A stretch of DNA of 64,000 nucleotides from an uncultured Clostridia bacterium (GTDB lineage: Bacteria > Acidobacteriota > Aminicenantia > UBA2199). The stretch is taken from the NCBI GenBank assembly GCA_964628035.1, contig CAZVPI010000013.1, positions 3,251 through 67,250 of the forward strand, read 5' to 3'. Numbering within the stretch: position 1 is the first letter of the stretch; each line of letters opens with the position of its first letter. The position numbers were made by a program, and so were the translations under genes. A model generated the notes under the pieces. That model saw only the letters and a program-made list of their open reading frames with translations. It did not search any database and had not been told where the DNA came from. This document shows, piece by piece, positions 48,036 through 60,043 of the stretch.

Positions 48036-48507
48036 TGAGCAACCTCGAGACCCGGTGCAGCTTCTCGTCGCTGAACTGGCCGCCCATGTAGCGCGTCTCG
48101 AAGACCTCCTTGTTCCAGATCACCAGGGTGTCGATCTTGCCCAGGATCAGCAGCGAGCCCTGAAGCTGGCTGGAGGCGCGCAGGTCGGCGGGGATCAGGA
48201 TGCGCCCCTTGGAATCGATCTCGCTCTCGGACCCCCAGTAGCTGCTGCGGCTGACGAACTCCTCCATGTCGGGATCGCGCATGGGGATGGCGGCGATCTT
48301 TCTCTCGATCTCCAGCCACACTTGCATGGGATAGAAAAGGACGTGGTCTCCGTTGAGCGAGGTCAGGTAGACCTCGCGGCCGAATCCCTGCTCCAGGACC
48401 GACAGGTATTTGGCGGGGATCTTCACCCGGCCGCGATCGTCGATCGTGGCGATATAGCTGCCGCGGAAACGCTCAATTATCCCACTTTGTCCCATTTTCG
48501 CCCACAT
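48004..48507 (-). CDS. mraZ: Transcriptional regulator MraZ.
   Basis: Two MraZ repeats (FRGSYIATIDDRGRVKIP; DSKGRILIP). The start is either GTG 48507 or ATG 48495; neither has a good SD. Confidence 0.85.
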   Translation of the reverse strand: MWAKMGQSGIIERFRGSYIATIDDRGRVKIPAKYLSVLEQGFGREVYLTSLNGDHVLFYPMQVWLEIERKIAAIPMRDPDMEEFVSRSSYWGSESEIDSKGRILIPADLRASSQLQGSLLILGKIDTLVIWNKEVFETRYMGGQFSDEKLHRVSRLLNESAALPRHE

Positions 48508-48529
48508 AATAATATATACAAATATGCCT

Positions 48530-48535
48530 TGTCAA
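48530..48535 (-). promoter_or_regulatory. -35 TTGACA of the mra promoter region (minus strand) in the AT-rich divergent intergenic region.
   Basis: Reverse complement of 48501-48540 reads ...TTGACAaggcatatttgtatatattattatg..., that is TTGACA followed after 16-17 nt by an A/T-rich -10 just upstream of mraZ. Confidence 0.4.
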
Positions 48536-48571
48536 GAAATTTTTAGCAAAAAAAAATTCCGAAAAACCGTA

Positions 48572-48600
48572 TTGACACGCTATATTTAGCGCCTTATAAT
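48572..48600 (+). promoter_or_regulatory. Canonical sigma-70 promoter TTGACA -N17- TATAAT for nrdJ.
   Basis: TTGACA at 48572-48577, TATAAT at 48595-48600, AAGGAGAG RBS, ATG at 48638. Confidence 0.55.
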
Positions 48601-48637
48601 CGGGTGTCAACTAGATTTGCCGCTCAAGGAGAGCCGA

Positions 48638-50719
48638 ATGGAGAACTTTCCCGAAAATGCGATGAAAATTCTGCGCGCCCGTTATTTCAAGAAGGACGAG
48701 AAGGGAAACCTGATCGAGAACAAGCCCTCCGAACTGTTCCGCCGCGTCACCCGCTTCGTCGCCCAGGCCGAGAAGGATCCCGCCGACAGGAAGCGCTGGG
48801 AGGAGAAGTTCTTCCAGGCCATGATGCGCAAGGACTTCATGCCCAATTCGCCCACCCTCACCGGCGCCGGCCGGCAGATGTGCCTTTCCGCCTGCTTCGT
48901 CCTGCCCATCGAGGATTCTCTCGACGGCATCTTCGAGACGGTCAAGAACGCCGCCCTGGTCCACAAGGAGGGGGGCGGCACCGGCTTCGACTTCTCGCGC
49001 ATCCGCCCGGCGGGCAGCTTCGTGCGCAAGACCCAGGGCATCGCATCGGGGCCGGTCTCCTTCCTGAAGGTCATCGACGCCGGCACCGAGGCGGTCAAGC
49101 AGGGCGGCACGCGCCGCGGCGCCAACATGGGCGTGCTGCGCGTCGACCACCCCGACATCCGCCATTTCATCACCATGAAGCACGACGGCGTCACCGCACA
49201 GAACTTCAACATCTCGGTGACCATCACCGACGCCTTCATCGAGGCCATCCAAAACCGGGCCCCCTACGACCTGATCAACCCCATGGACGGCGCGCCCGCA
49301 GGCCAGGCCAGCGCCCAGGAGATCTTCGACCTGATCGTCGACTCGGCCTGGAGCAACGGCGACCCCGGCCTGATCTTCATCGACAAGGTCAACCGCCTGA
49401 ATCCGACCGCCCCCCAGGGCCCCATCCGCGCCACCAACCCCTGCGGCGAGCAGCCGCTGCACGACTACGAGGCCTGCAACCTGGGCTCGATCAACCTGCT
49501 GAACCTCTACGACGAGAAGGACCCGGACGGCCTGGACTGGAACCGCTTCCGAGAGATCATCCAGCTGGGCATCCGCTTCCTCGACGACGTCATCGACGTC
49601 AACCTCTACCCGCTGGAAAAGATCGACCGCATGGCCAAGGCCAACCGCCGCATCGGCCTGGGGGTGATGGGTTTCGCCGACCTGCTCATCCGCTGCGCCA
49701 TTCCCTATGCCAGCGAGGAGGCCCGCGCCCTGGGTCGCAAGATCATCTCCTTCCTGAAGCAGGAGGCGGTCGCCGCGTCGCGCCGCCTGGGCGAGGAGCG
49801 CGGGAACTTCCCGAACATCGAGAAATCGGTCTACCGCGGGCAGACCATGCGCAACGCCGCCGTCCTGACCATCGCCCCCACCGGCACCATTTCCCGCATT
49901 GCCGGCTGCTCCTCCAGCATCGAGCCCATCTTCGCCTTCGAGGTGATCTCCAAGATCCTCGACGGCGAGATCATCGACATCCACCCCCTGTACCGCGAGT
50001 GGCGGGAGCGCCACCCCGGCGAGGCGCCGCCCGCGCATTTCGTCACCGCCCAGGAGATCTCGCCCCTCGACCACCTGAAGATGCAGGAGGTGTTCCAGGA
50101 GCACGTGGACAGCGCCGTTTCCAAGACCATCAACTTTCCCCATTCGGCCACGCGCGAGGACATCGCCTCGGCCTACCTGCAGGCCTTCGCCATGAACATC
50201 AAGGGCATCACCGTCTACCGCGACGGCTGCCGCGCCGTGCAGGTGCTGAACAAGGCCGGCGAGGACAAGCCCAAGCCGCTGGGCCGCCCTGACGCCATCC
50301 CCTCCACCACCCACAAGATCTCCACCGGGCTGGGCAACCTGTACATCACGGTCACCTATTTCAACCAGAAGCCCTTCGAGGTCTTCGCCTCCATTGGCAA
50401 GAGCGGCTATTCGACCATGGCCGACGCCGAGGCCATCGGCCGCCTGATCTCGCTGGCCCTGCGCAGCGGCATCCCGGCCGAGGAGCTGGTCAACCAGCTC
50501 AAGGGCATCGGCGGCGCCGAGCCGATCTTCTCCAACGGCCAGCTCATCCAGTCCATTCCCGACGCCATCGCCAAGGTGCTGGAAACCCATGTCGGCAAGG
50601 TCAACACCCGCCACCAGGACCTCAACCTGCCCTCCTGCCCGATCTGCGGCGGCAGCGTCAGCGACGAGAAGTGCCCCACCTGCGCCAACTGCGGCTGGTC
50701 CAAGTGCAACGGCGTGTGA
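48638..50719 (+). CDS. nrdJ: Adenosylcobalamin-dependent (class II) ribonucleotide reductase NrdJ with a C-terminal zinc ribbon.
   Basis: Ten-strand barrel motifs (CFVLPIEDSLDGIF, NPCGEQPLHDYEACNLGSINL). C-terminal Cys cluster CPICGGS...CPTCANCGWSKC. Length and organisation typical of monomeric class II RNR. Confidence 0.9.
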   Translation: MENFPENAMKILRARYFKKDEKGNLIENKPSELFRRVTRFVAQAEKDPADRKRWEEKFFQAMMRKDFMPNSPTLTGAGRQMCLSACFVLPIEDSLDGIFETVKNAALVHKEGGGTGFDFSRIRPAGSFVRKTQGIASGPVSFLKVIDAGTEAVKQGGTRRGANMGVLRVDHPDIRHFITMKHDGVTAQNFNISVTITDAFIEAIQNRAPYDLINPMDGAPAGQASAQEIFDLIVDSAWSNGDPGLIFIDKVNRLNPTAPQGPIRATNPCGEQPLHDYEACNLGSINLLNLYDEKDPDGLDWNRFREIIQLGIRFLDDVIDVNLYPLEKIDRMAKANRRIGLGVMGFADLLIRCAIPYASEEARALGRKIISFLKQEAVAASRRLGEERGNFPNIEKSVYRGQTMRNAAVLTIAPTGTISRIAGCSSSIEPIFAFEVISKILDGEIIDIHPLYREWRERHPGEAPPAHFVTAQEISPLDHLKMQEVFQEHVDSAVSKTINFPHSATREDIASAYLQAFAMNIKGITVYRDGCRAVQVLNKAGEDKPKPLGRPDAIPSTTHKISTGLGNLYITVTYFNQKPFEVFASIGKSGYSTMADAEAIGRLISLALRSGIPAEELVNQLKGIGGAEPIFSNGQLIQSIPDAIAKVLETHVGKVNTRHQDLNLPSCPICGGSVSDEKCPTCANCGWSKCNGV

Positions 50720-50767
50720 GCGGCTGAGCGCCGGCCCGGGCGCCGCCGCGGATCGGGCCCTGGCAAA

Positions 50768-50797
50768 TTGACATTGGGAAATCTCTTGCGGTAGAAT
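50768..50797 (+). promoter_or_regulatory. Sigma-70 promoter TTGACA -N18- TAGAAT; predicted transcription start is within about 10 nt of the downstream ATG (near-leaderless).
   Basis: TTGACA at 50768-50773, TAGAAT at 50792-50797. The first in-frame ATG outside the -10 element is at 50814. Confidence 0.45.
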
Positions 50798-50813
50798 GGA
50801 TGGCGAAGCGAAC

Positions 50814-51569
50814 ATGGACCTATTGAAGAAGTTCATCAGCAAGTACGCCGCCGGCGACGTCATCTACAAGCAGGGCGACATGCAGAGCGACTTCTTCATC
50901 ATCAACAAGGGCAAGGTGCAGCTGAAGCACGACGGCCAGGGCCAGATCCTGGCCACCCTCAGCAAGGGCGACTTCTTCGGCGAAGAATCGCTCAACAGCG
51001 AACAGACCGCCATCTACACCGTCGAGGCCGTCGAGGAAAGCTTCCTCATCAAGATCCCCTATACCTCCCTGACCGACATGCTCAAGCAGACGCCCGACAT
51101 CGCCCTCAAGATCCTCAAGAAACTGAGCGAAAAGCACATCAAGATCCAGACGGTCTTGATGTCGGCCGCCGCCGCGCCGGCGGCGAAGGAAAAAGGGGCC
51201 GGCAAGGAACCGCGCCGCGAGGACTCGACCTCGGAGAAGATCGGCGGCGAGGTCAAGGCCTACCTGATCATCCAGCGCTCCAACCGCCTGGTGCAGCTGA
51301 CCAAGACACAGACCTTCCTGGGCCGCCGCGACTACACCACAGGCTTTGTCCCCGATATCGACCTTACCGACGAGGACGAGGAAAAATACATCTCGCGCAA
51401 GCACGCCAAGATCCAGTTCCGCGACGGCAAGTTCTACCTCTCCGAGGAGCCGGGCGCCATCAACGGCACCTTCCTCAACGGCAACAAGCTGCAGACCGGG
51501 GTCAAGCACGAACTGAAGGCCGAGGACGAGATCACCCTCTGCCACCTGAACATCATCTTCAAGGTCTGA
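50814..51569 (+). CDS. Cyclic-nucleotide-binding domain protein with a C-terminal FHA domain.
   Basis: cNMP-binding fold (GDVIYKQGDMQSDFFIINKGKV...GDFFGEESL). FHA core (ISRKHAKIQFRDGKFYLSE...GAINGTFLNGNKL). The track start at 50796 lies inside the promoter -10 element. Confidence 0.75.
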   Translation: MDLLKKFISKYAAGDVIYKQGDMQSDFFIINKGKVQLKHDGQGQILATLSKGDFFGEESLNSEQTAIYTVEAVEESFLIKIPYTSLTDMLKQTPDIALKILKKLSEKHIKIQTVLMSAAAAPAAKEKGAGKEPRREDSTSEKIGGEVKAYLIIQRSNRLVQLTKTQTFLGRRDYTTGFVPDIDLTDEDEEKYISRKHAKIQFRDGKFYLSEEPGAINGTFLNGNKLQTGVKHELKAEDEITLCHLNIIFKV

Positions 51570-52314
51570 GCCCGGACGATTTCAGAGGCCGATTTCCCCG
51601 CCGTAGAAAACCGTCTCCTCGCCGCCGGGCGTTTCCAGGCGCAGCCCGCCGTCGTCGGCCAGGCCGCGGAAGATCCCTTCGCGCAGTTGCCGGCCTTGGT
51701 GGAAACGCACCCGGCGCCCCAGGAAGGAGCGGCTCCAGTGCCGGGCCCGCTCCAGGAGCGGGGCCGGGTCGGCGGCGGCCAAGCGCCGCAGCGCGAGGCC
51801 CATGGCGGCGGCCAGGCGCCCGCGACCTTCCTCGGGCGGCCAGGTGCGGCCGCTGAGCATGAACAGCGAGGCGGCCCGCCCGCGCAGCTCAGGGGGGAAA
51901 TCCTCGGGACGCTGGTTCAGGTTGACGCCGATGCCCACCAGGCAGGCGGCGCCGCCGCCGCCGACCCGGTTCTCGCACAGGATGCCGGCGACCTTGCCGC
52001 CCGCCGCCAGAACGTCGTTGGGCCATTTCAGGACGAAGTCCCGCCGCGTCCAGCCGGAAAGCGCCTCGCAGACGGCGACGCCGGACGCGACGGCCAGCAG
52101 CGACAGCCGGCGCGCGTCGTTCAGGCGGAAGGCGAAGGTGAGGGCCAGGCTCAGTCCGGGCGCCGAGAACCAGCCGCGGCCGTCGCGGCCCCGGCCCGCC
52201 GTCTGCTCGACGGCGCTGACCAGAAGCGGCAGCTCGGCCTGGAGGCGGGAAAAGTTCTCGCGCACGTAGTCGTTGGTGGAACGGCAGGATTCCAGGCGCA
52301 GGTGGCGGAAAGGC

Positions 52315-54942
<2,628 letters not shown>

Positions 54943-54963
54943 GTCGGGGCTCCCGGAAATTAA

Positions 54964-56247
54964 TTACAGGACGCTGTCGTCCAGCTGGGACTTGATCTTG
55001 TCTATTTCTTCCTTGATGATCTTTTCGGCCAGGGGCGGCACGATCTCCCACAGCAGCTCGCGGATGGACTGGTTCAGCCGGCTCTCCAGCTTGTCGGTCA
55101 TCTCGAAGCGCTGGGGCGCCGGCGGCTTGGCCGGCGGTTCCGGGCGGCTCTCCCGCTTGGTCAGGTGGCTGAGGCGCGCCAGTTCGTCCTGGGGCGAGAG
55201 GACATCGCCCCGGTGCCGGTCCTTCTCCTGGGTCTTGTCCGCGGGCAGGTCCAGGCTGATCTCCATCTCGCCCACGGGCGACGGCGGGAAAAGGTCGCCG
55301 GCGGGGCGCCCCCCCGGACCGGCGAAGACGGTCGACGCCGGGGCCCCCAGGTCGGTCTGCTCGAATTCCAGGGAGAGCTTGTCGGTGGCGGGCATTTCCA
55401 GCGGCGGCTTCAAAAGGTCATCCGCGGCGTCTTCGCCGGCCATCTCCAGGAAGCGGTCGTGGAACTCGTCGGACACGTCGCGGGGCGCGGAGGCCACCGC
55501 CGCGGCTGCGGCCGGCGCCGGGGGCTCCAGCTCGTACTCGAGCGGGGACGCAGGCTCGCTGGCCGGCGGAGCGGAGCGGATCTCCTCGAAGGGCGGCTCC
55601 TCATCGAAGGGATTCTTGAGCGGCTCCTCGCTTTCCTGGGGCATCAGGTTGTCCTTGGCGGGCTGGGTCTGGGTGATCTCCTCCGAGGGCAGGATCTCGT
55701 CGCGATCGGGGACGGCCGCGGCCGCCGGGCGCTCGAAGGCGGGCGGCGCCTCCATCTCGCTGCGGATGTCCGAGAAGCTGATGTCCTCGCTTTCGGGCAT
55801 TTCCGTCTCGATCTCCGGGAAATCCTCCGGGAAGGTCGTCGGCCCCTCGCCGGCGGTTTCGGCCGGCGCCGCCTCCTGGTTGATGATCCTCATGACGGCG
55901 GCGACCAGGGCGTTGGAGTCGAAGGGCTTGGTGACGAGGTCCTCGTAGCGCAGGCCCTTGATCATCTCGCTGTCCACGGGCTCGAAGCTGCCTTTCATCA
56001 GGAATACCCGGCAGGAACGCAGGGAGGGCGTCTCGTTGACGAAGCGGCAGACGTCGTAGCCGCTGGTCTCGGGCAGCTTGACGTCGACGATCACCACGGC
56101 GGGATTGAGCTGCAGCAGCTTTTCCTTGATGCCGGAGCCGTTCTCGAAGCTGCGCACCTCGATGGTGTCGATTTCCGAGAACGACAGCTCGATGATGCGG
56201 CGGATTGTATAGCTGTTGTCAGCCAGAACAATCACTTTTTTGCTCAT
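54964..56247 (-). CDS. Receiver (REC) domain protein with a long acidic, Pro/Glu-rich linker and a C-terminal helical segment.
   Basis: GAGGAGGG RBS. REC-like N-terminus ([16 protein letters not shown]...[16 protein letters not shown]...LVTKPF). About 250 aa of low-complexity PE-rich sequence. C-terminal [33 protein letters not shown]. Confidence 0.65.
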   Translation of the reverse strand: MSKKVIVLADNSYTIRRIIELSFSEIDTIEVRSFENGSGIKEKLLQLNPAVVIVDVKLPETSGYDVCRFVNETPSLRSCRVFLMKGSFEPVDSEMIKGLRYEDLVTKPFDSNALVAAVMRIINQEAAPAETAGEGPTTFPEDFPEIETEMPESEDISFSDIRSEMEAPPAFERPAAAAVPDRDEILPSEEITQTQPAKDNLMPQESEEPLKNPFDEEPPFEEIRSAPPASEPASPLEYELEPPAPAAAAAVASAPRDVSDEFHDRFLEMAGEDAADDLLKPPLEMPATDKLSLEFEQTDLGAPASTVFAGPGGRPAGDLFPPSPVGEMEISLDLPADKTQEKDRHRGDVLSPQDELARLSHLTKRESRPEPPAKPPAPQRFEMTDKLESRLNQSIRELLWEIVPPLAEKIIKEEIDKIKSQLDDSVL

Positions 56248-56320
56248 GCTAGCCCTCCTCGAATCGTCCCATCTCCGCTACTTTTTATCACTTTTTCAAT
56301 GATAATGTCAAGCGTCCTCA

Positions 56321-56350
56321 TTGACAAATCGTTTTTTTTGGGCGAAAATG
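56321..56350 (+). promoter_or_regulatory. Candidate sigma-70 promoter TTGACA -N17- GAAAAT directly abutting the ATG of the B12-binding gene (leaderless candidate).
   Basis: TTGACA at 56321-56326, T-rich spacer, -10-like GAAAAT at 56344-56349, ATG at 56359, no SD. Confidence 0.35.
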
Positions 56351-56358
56351 GGGCCAAC

Positions 56359-56748
56359 ATGCACAGGATAAAGGTCTTAATCGCCAAACCCGGGCTGGAC
56401 GGGCACGACCGTGGCGCCAAGATCGTGGCCAAGTACCTCCGCGACGCCGGCATGGAGGTCATCTACACCGGCCTGCGCCAGTCCCCCGAGACGATCGTCA
56501 ATACCGCGATCCAGGAGGACGTTTCCATCATCGGCCTGAGCATCCTCTCCGGGGCCCACCTCCAGCTGTGCCGCAAGATCATGGCCGTTTACCGCGAGAA
56601 GGATGTCGCGCCGCCGCCGATGTTCCTGGGCGGCATCATTCCCGCCGCCGACCTCGCCGAGCTGAAACAGATCGGCATCCGCGAAGTGTTCCCCCCGGGC
56701 ACGCCCCTGGAGCGCATCGCCGCCAGCGTGCGCGAAATCGCCGGCTGA
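56359..56748 (+). CDS. Stand-alone cobalamin (B12)-binding domain protein (methylmalonyl-CoA mutase C-terminal domain-like).
   Basis: [33 protein letters not shown]...[11 protein letters not shown] matches the DxHxxG B12-binding Rossmann motif. 129 aa. Confidence 0.75.
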   Translation: MHRIKVLIAKPGLDGHDRGAKIVAKYLRDAGMEVIYTGLRQSPETIVNTAIQEDVSIIGLSILSGAHLQLCRKIMAVYREKDVAPPPMFLGGIIPAADLAELKQIGIREVFPPGTPLERIAASVREIAG

Positions 56749-56810
56749 ATGGACGCCCGGGTTGACAAGCCGCGCCGCCTGGCATACAATGGGGTGATCC
56801 GGACAGCATC

Positions 56811-57743
56811 ATGGCGCTGAAACACGACAAGAAGGTCCGCAAGTACTCGGTCATCATCGTGTCCGACGCCACCGCGACGAACAAGGAATTCACCGTCTCC
56901 TCCAAGCTGATCCGCAACGCCCTGCTGGGATTCTCCTCGCTGATGGTCTTCTTCGGCTTCATCCTGTTCTCCTACCTGAGCATGACCCTGGACGAGCAGA
57001 AGATGCGGCGCCTGGAGCTCGACTCCCGGCAGAAGCACCGGCAGATCAGCGAGATGTCCTCCACCATCGAGCTGCTCAACGACCGCCTGCGCAAGATGGA
57101 AATCTACAAGGAGAGGATCATGGTGGCCACCGGGCTGACCTCGCCGCTGGCCCTGCGTGAAGTCGGCAGCGGCGGGCCGGCCGTCAGTGTGGAAGGCGGC
57201 TTCGCCGCCCCGGCGCCCGTTCTCCCCGGCGCCCCATCCCTGAAAGACGGGCGGCCCTCTCCGGCCGACGTCCGCGACAAGGCGCTGAAGATCGAGGAAT
57301 CCCTCAAGACGGTGGAGAAATACGTCAACCAGCAGAAGCTGCAGCTGGCCGCCACCCCGGCCATCTGGCCCACGCGCGGCTACCTGTCCGGGGCCTTCGG
57401 CAACCGCATCCATCCCTTCACCGGGCGCAACGAGTTCCACGGCGCCATCGACATCGCCACCCAGCTGGGCAACAAGGTCATCGCCCCTGCCGACGGCGTC
57501 GTGCTGGTGGCCGAAACGCGCGATTATTACGGCAAGATGATCATCCTCGACCACGGCTTCGGCTACACCACCCGCTACGGCCACCTCTCCGGCTACAACG
57601 TCAGGGAGGGCCAGCGCATCAAGCGCTTCGACGTCATCGGCTTCGTGGGCACCACCGGCCGCAGCAACGGCCCCCACCTGCACTACGAGGTCCGCTATTA
57701 CGACAAGCCGGTGAACCCCATCGACTTCATCCTGGACGACTGA
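56811..57743 (+). CDS. M23-family metallopeptidase (LytM / EnvC-type) with an N-terminal TM anchor and coiled coil.
   Basis: TM FSSLMVFFGFILFSYL. Coiled-coil linker. Catalytic motifs HGAIDIA, HLHYEV and an ...LDHG segment. Confidence 0.85.
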   Translation: MALKHDKKVRKYSVIIVSDATATNKEFTVSSKLIRNALLGFSSLMVFFGFILFSYLSMTLDEQKMRRLELDSRQKHRQISEMSSTIELLNDRLRKMEIYKERIMVATGLTSPLALREVGSGGPAVSVEGGFAAPAPVLPGAPSLKDGRPSPADVRDKALKIEESLKTVEKYVNQQKLQLAATPAIWPTRGYLSGAFGNRIHPFTGRNEFHGAIDIATQLGNKVIAPADGVVLVAETRDYYGKMIILDHGFGYTTRYGHLSGYNVREGQRIKRFDVIGFVGTTGRSNGPHLHYEVRYYDKPVNPIDFILDD

Positions 57744-57909
57744 CCGGCAGCCGGCGAATTTTCCCCTGCGCCTTGACTTGATTTTCCGTTTTGGATTCCT
57801 TATAATCGCAGGCGATGAGCTACACGCTGCCGGGCACGTTTCCACGATGCGCGCGAAGAAATTCGCCGCCGCCAGCGGCCACGCAGACAATATTTTTAGG
57901 AGGAGTTTC

Positions 57910-58605
57910 ATGAAAAAAGCATTGGTTCTAGCCGCCTTGCTGTTCCTGATCGTCATCACCACGTCCTGCCAGAAGCCGGAGGAAATCACGATCTCCAAAT
58001 ACTTCCAGGCCATGAAGGCCAAGGACCGCGACACCATGGCCGCCATGGCCGCCGAGCCCTTCGCCGTGGAGTTCAAGTCCTGGAAGCTTCTTTCCAGCGA
58101 CGAGCCGGTCAGCGAGGAGTTCGGCCTGCCCAAGATGATCGAGGAGATGAACGCCGCCCGCAAAAAGAAGGACGACCAGGTGCTGATGGTGCGCGACAAG
58201 AGAGACCTGCTGGACCAGCTGAAGACCAAGCTGAGCGAAACGCGGGGAAGCCGGGCCAAGGCGGACGTGCAGAAGGAGATCGCCGCCATGGAGGCCGAGG
58301 TGGAGACCGAGACCGCCAACTACAAGCGCGACCAGGCCAACTACACCCAGGTGAAGACCCAGGTGGAGAACGAGAAAAAGATGGTCGCCCTCTCCACCAA
58401 CATCGAGCAGAACCAGGAACTGCTCAACGGCAAGACCGTCACCACCAAGGCCCACGTCACCATCGACGGCGCCGAGGGTTCCAAGGAATACGTGTTCACG
58501 CTCCGCAAGTACGAGCTGATCAATCCCGTGACCAACAAGGTCCACTCCAACCGCTACATCATCCTGAAGATCCAGCCCGCGGAAGAGGCCGGCGCCGCGG
58601 AATAA
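57910..58605 (+). CDS. Hypothetical lipoprotein with a coiled-coil segment.
   Basis: AGGAGGAG RBS. Lipobox MKKALVLAALLFLIVITTSCQ. ATG at 57910, in frame with the track ORF 57778..58605. Confidence 0.6.
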   Translation: MKKALVLAALLFLIVITTSCQKPEEITISKYFQAMKAKDRDTMAAMAAEPFAVEFKSWKLLSSDEPVSEEFGLPKMIEEMNAARKKKDDQVLMVRDKRDLLDQLKTKLSETRGSRAKADVQKEIAAMEAEVETETANYKRDQANYTQVKTQVENEKKMVALSTNIEQNQELLNGKTVTTKAHVTIDGAEGSKEYVFTLRKYELINPVTNKVHSNRYIILKIQPAEEAGAAE

Positions 58606-58788
58606 GCCCCGGCCTCCCCTCTTCCCGCGTCCCCTGCGGCGCGGGGGCCGTTGACGGCTCCCGCGCCTTTTTCCATTCCCAAGGCGGCGCATCGTGCCTG
58701 TTCACGGGCGGGGGGCGGGCATGCATCGGGGATGCTTGTTTCTCTTGCTCCGGCCTGACGCCTGACATTTCTGGAAGGGGAAGAACCC

Positions 58789-59130
58789 ATGAACCAACTG
58801 CTTTGGGCGGAAAGCGTGGATGTGGCCATGACCGTCTGCGACCGCGAGGGGATCGTCCTGTACATGAATGACAGGGCCGCGGCCGCCTTCGCCCCCGAGG
58901 GGGGCAAGGCTCTGGTGGGGACATGCCTGATGCCCTGCCACCCCGAGCCGGCGCGGCGCAGGATCCAGGAGATCCTGGCCACGCGGCGGGCCAACACCTA
59001 CACCATCGAGAAGAACGGGGTGAGGAAGCTCATCCACCAGGCGCCCTGGTTCGAGAACGGCGAGCTGGGCGGGCTGGTGGAGTTTTCCATCGTCCTGCCC
59101 GCGGAGATGCCGCATTACAAAAGGACCTAG
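58789..59130 (+). CDS. Small single-domain PAS protein (113 aa) with a conserved Cys-His-Pro motif; paralog of 16093..16497.
   Basis: AMTVCDREGIVLYMNDRAAAAF...CLMPCHPEPA...GGLVEFSIVL aligns with the 16093 protein. Its stop TAG (59128-59130) is the first unit of the heptamer array. Confidence 0.65.
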   Translation: MNQLLWAESVDVAMTVCDREGIVLYMNDRAAAAFAPEGGKALVGTCLMPCHPEPARRRIQEILATRRANTYTIEKNGVRKLIHQAPWFENGELGGLVEFSIVLPAEMPHYKRT

Positions 59131-59366
59131 ACGTTAGACGTCAGACGTTAGCAGGAAACTCAATGAGATCAGACGTTAGACGTCAGACGTTAGCAGGAAA
59201 AAGCCCTTTAAGAGAACTCGGGTGAAAGATCTGAGGCGCTGGCTGAGGACGACGGATGCCGGAAAACAAACATCCGACATCAGTCGCCAGACGTCAGACG
59301 TTAGCCGGAAACGAAATGAGATCAGACGTTAGACGCTAGACGTTAGACGTTAGTGGATAGCAAGAA
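59128..59366 (+). repeat. Heptamer (AGACGTY)n tandem arrays organised as a higher-order repeat: two identical 30-mers AGACGTTAGACGTCAGACGTTAGCAGGAAA (59129-59158, 59171-59200) plus arrays at 59289-59312 and 59324-59366.
   Basis: Direct reading of 59121-59370. Each array is followed by an AGCMGGAAA(C) A-rich motif and/or AATGAGATC. Confidence 0.8.
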
Positions 59367-59373
59367 GCATATC

Positions 59374-59709
59374 TGTCCAAAATAACTTCAAACCTGGGAA
59401 GACTGAAGCACCAAGTTCCAAGCACCAAATTCCAAACAAGCACCAAGCCCCAATGACCCAATGACCAAAACAAAGGCCATATAGGTTCAAGTTCTATACA
59501 CCTAAAGTGCGTTTTGGCCTCCTTTTGGGTCACAACGTCCCCGCCAGGGGATTGGAATTTGGAACTTGGAATTTTTTTGGGATTTGATGCTTGGTGCTTG
59601 GAATGTTAGTCTTACCAGCATCAGACCTCGCCGCAAAAAATACTGTGGCTAGCCCCGAAACCCTTTACAGTGCTAGTTGTCTGTCAAAAAGGCAATTTAT
59701 TTTGGACAG
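59374..59709. repeat. About 336-bp low-GC segment bounded by a perfect 13-bp inverted repeat (CTGTCCAAAATAA / TTATTTTGGACAG); contains long imperfect inverted repeats (59409-59438 vs 59553-59608) and a hairpin at 59681-59709. MITE-like or structured-RNA-like.
   Basis: The words TTCCAAGCACCAA / TTGGTGCTTGGAA and the AATGACCCAATGACCAAA direct repeat are visible in the sequence. GC content is far below flanking DNA. Confidence 0.5.
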
Positions 59710-59768
59710 CAATGAGCAAGAAGAATCCCTTAGGAGCTTGAATTGCCCTTTTTCTTGCTAACGTCTGA

Positions 59769-59954
59769 CTACTTCTTTTTGATCGTTGAGATCTTGAACG
59801 GCACGTACAGCGGGCAAAAGCCGAGCAGGGCCGTGACCAGCGGGATCAGCGCGAAAAGCCCCCACCAGGTCTGGAAATAGATGCCCAGGGCGATGCCGGC
59901 GAGGCCGATGACGCCCCGGACGATGCGGTCCGTACTTCCCATGTTGCGCTTCAT
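59769..59954 (-). CDS. DUF2892-like small inner-membrane protein (61 aa), embedded in the repeat island.
   Basis: MKRNMGSTDRIVRGVIGLAGIALGIYFQTWWGLFALIPLVTALLGFCPLY resembles the YgaP-associated DUF2892 fold. Its stop TAG is followed directly by TCAGACGTTAGCAAGAAAAAG. Confidence 0.55.
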   Translation of the reverse strand: MKRNMGSTDRIVRGVIGLAGIALGIYFQTWWGLFALIPLVTALLGFCPLYVPFKISTIKKK

Positions 59955-60043
59955 GTCGCACCTCCACGAACCCGCACATTAGATGCCAAATGCGGGATGG
60001 ATGCAAGGCAAAAAGGCATGCCGATCCCCGTACAGGGCTTTTT

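Noticed and set aside
48611-50863. 750-aa minus-strand ORF
   Set aside because: Antisense to nrdJ.
56589-58319. 576-aa minus-strand ORF, and the plus-strand ORF 55165..56748 upstream of the B12-binding gene
   Set aside because: Antisense to, or out-of-context extensions of, well-supported genes (REC protein, B12-binding protein, M23 peptidase).
59128-59366. Possible CRISPR array
   Set aside because: Repeat unit is only 7 bp, with no spacer-sized unique segments and no cas genes.
59339-59370. DnaA-box-like TAGTGGATAG, as an oriC hint
   Set aside because: Only a 7-of-9 match to TTATCCACA on one strand, a single copy, no dnaA or dnaN nearby.
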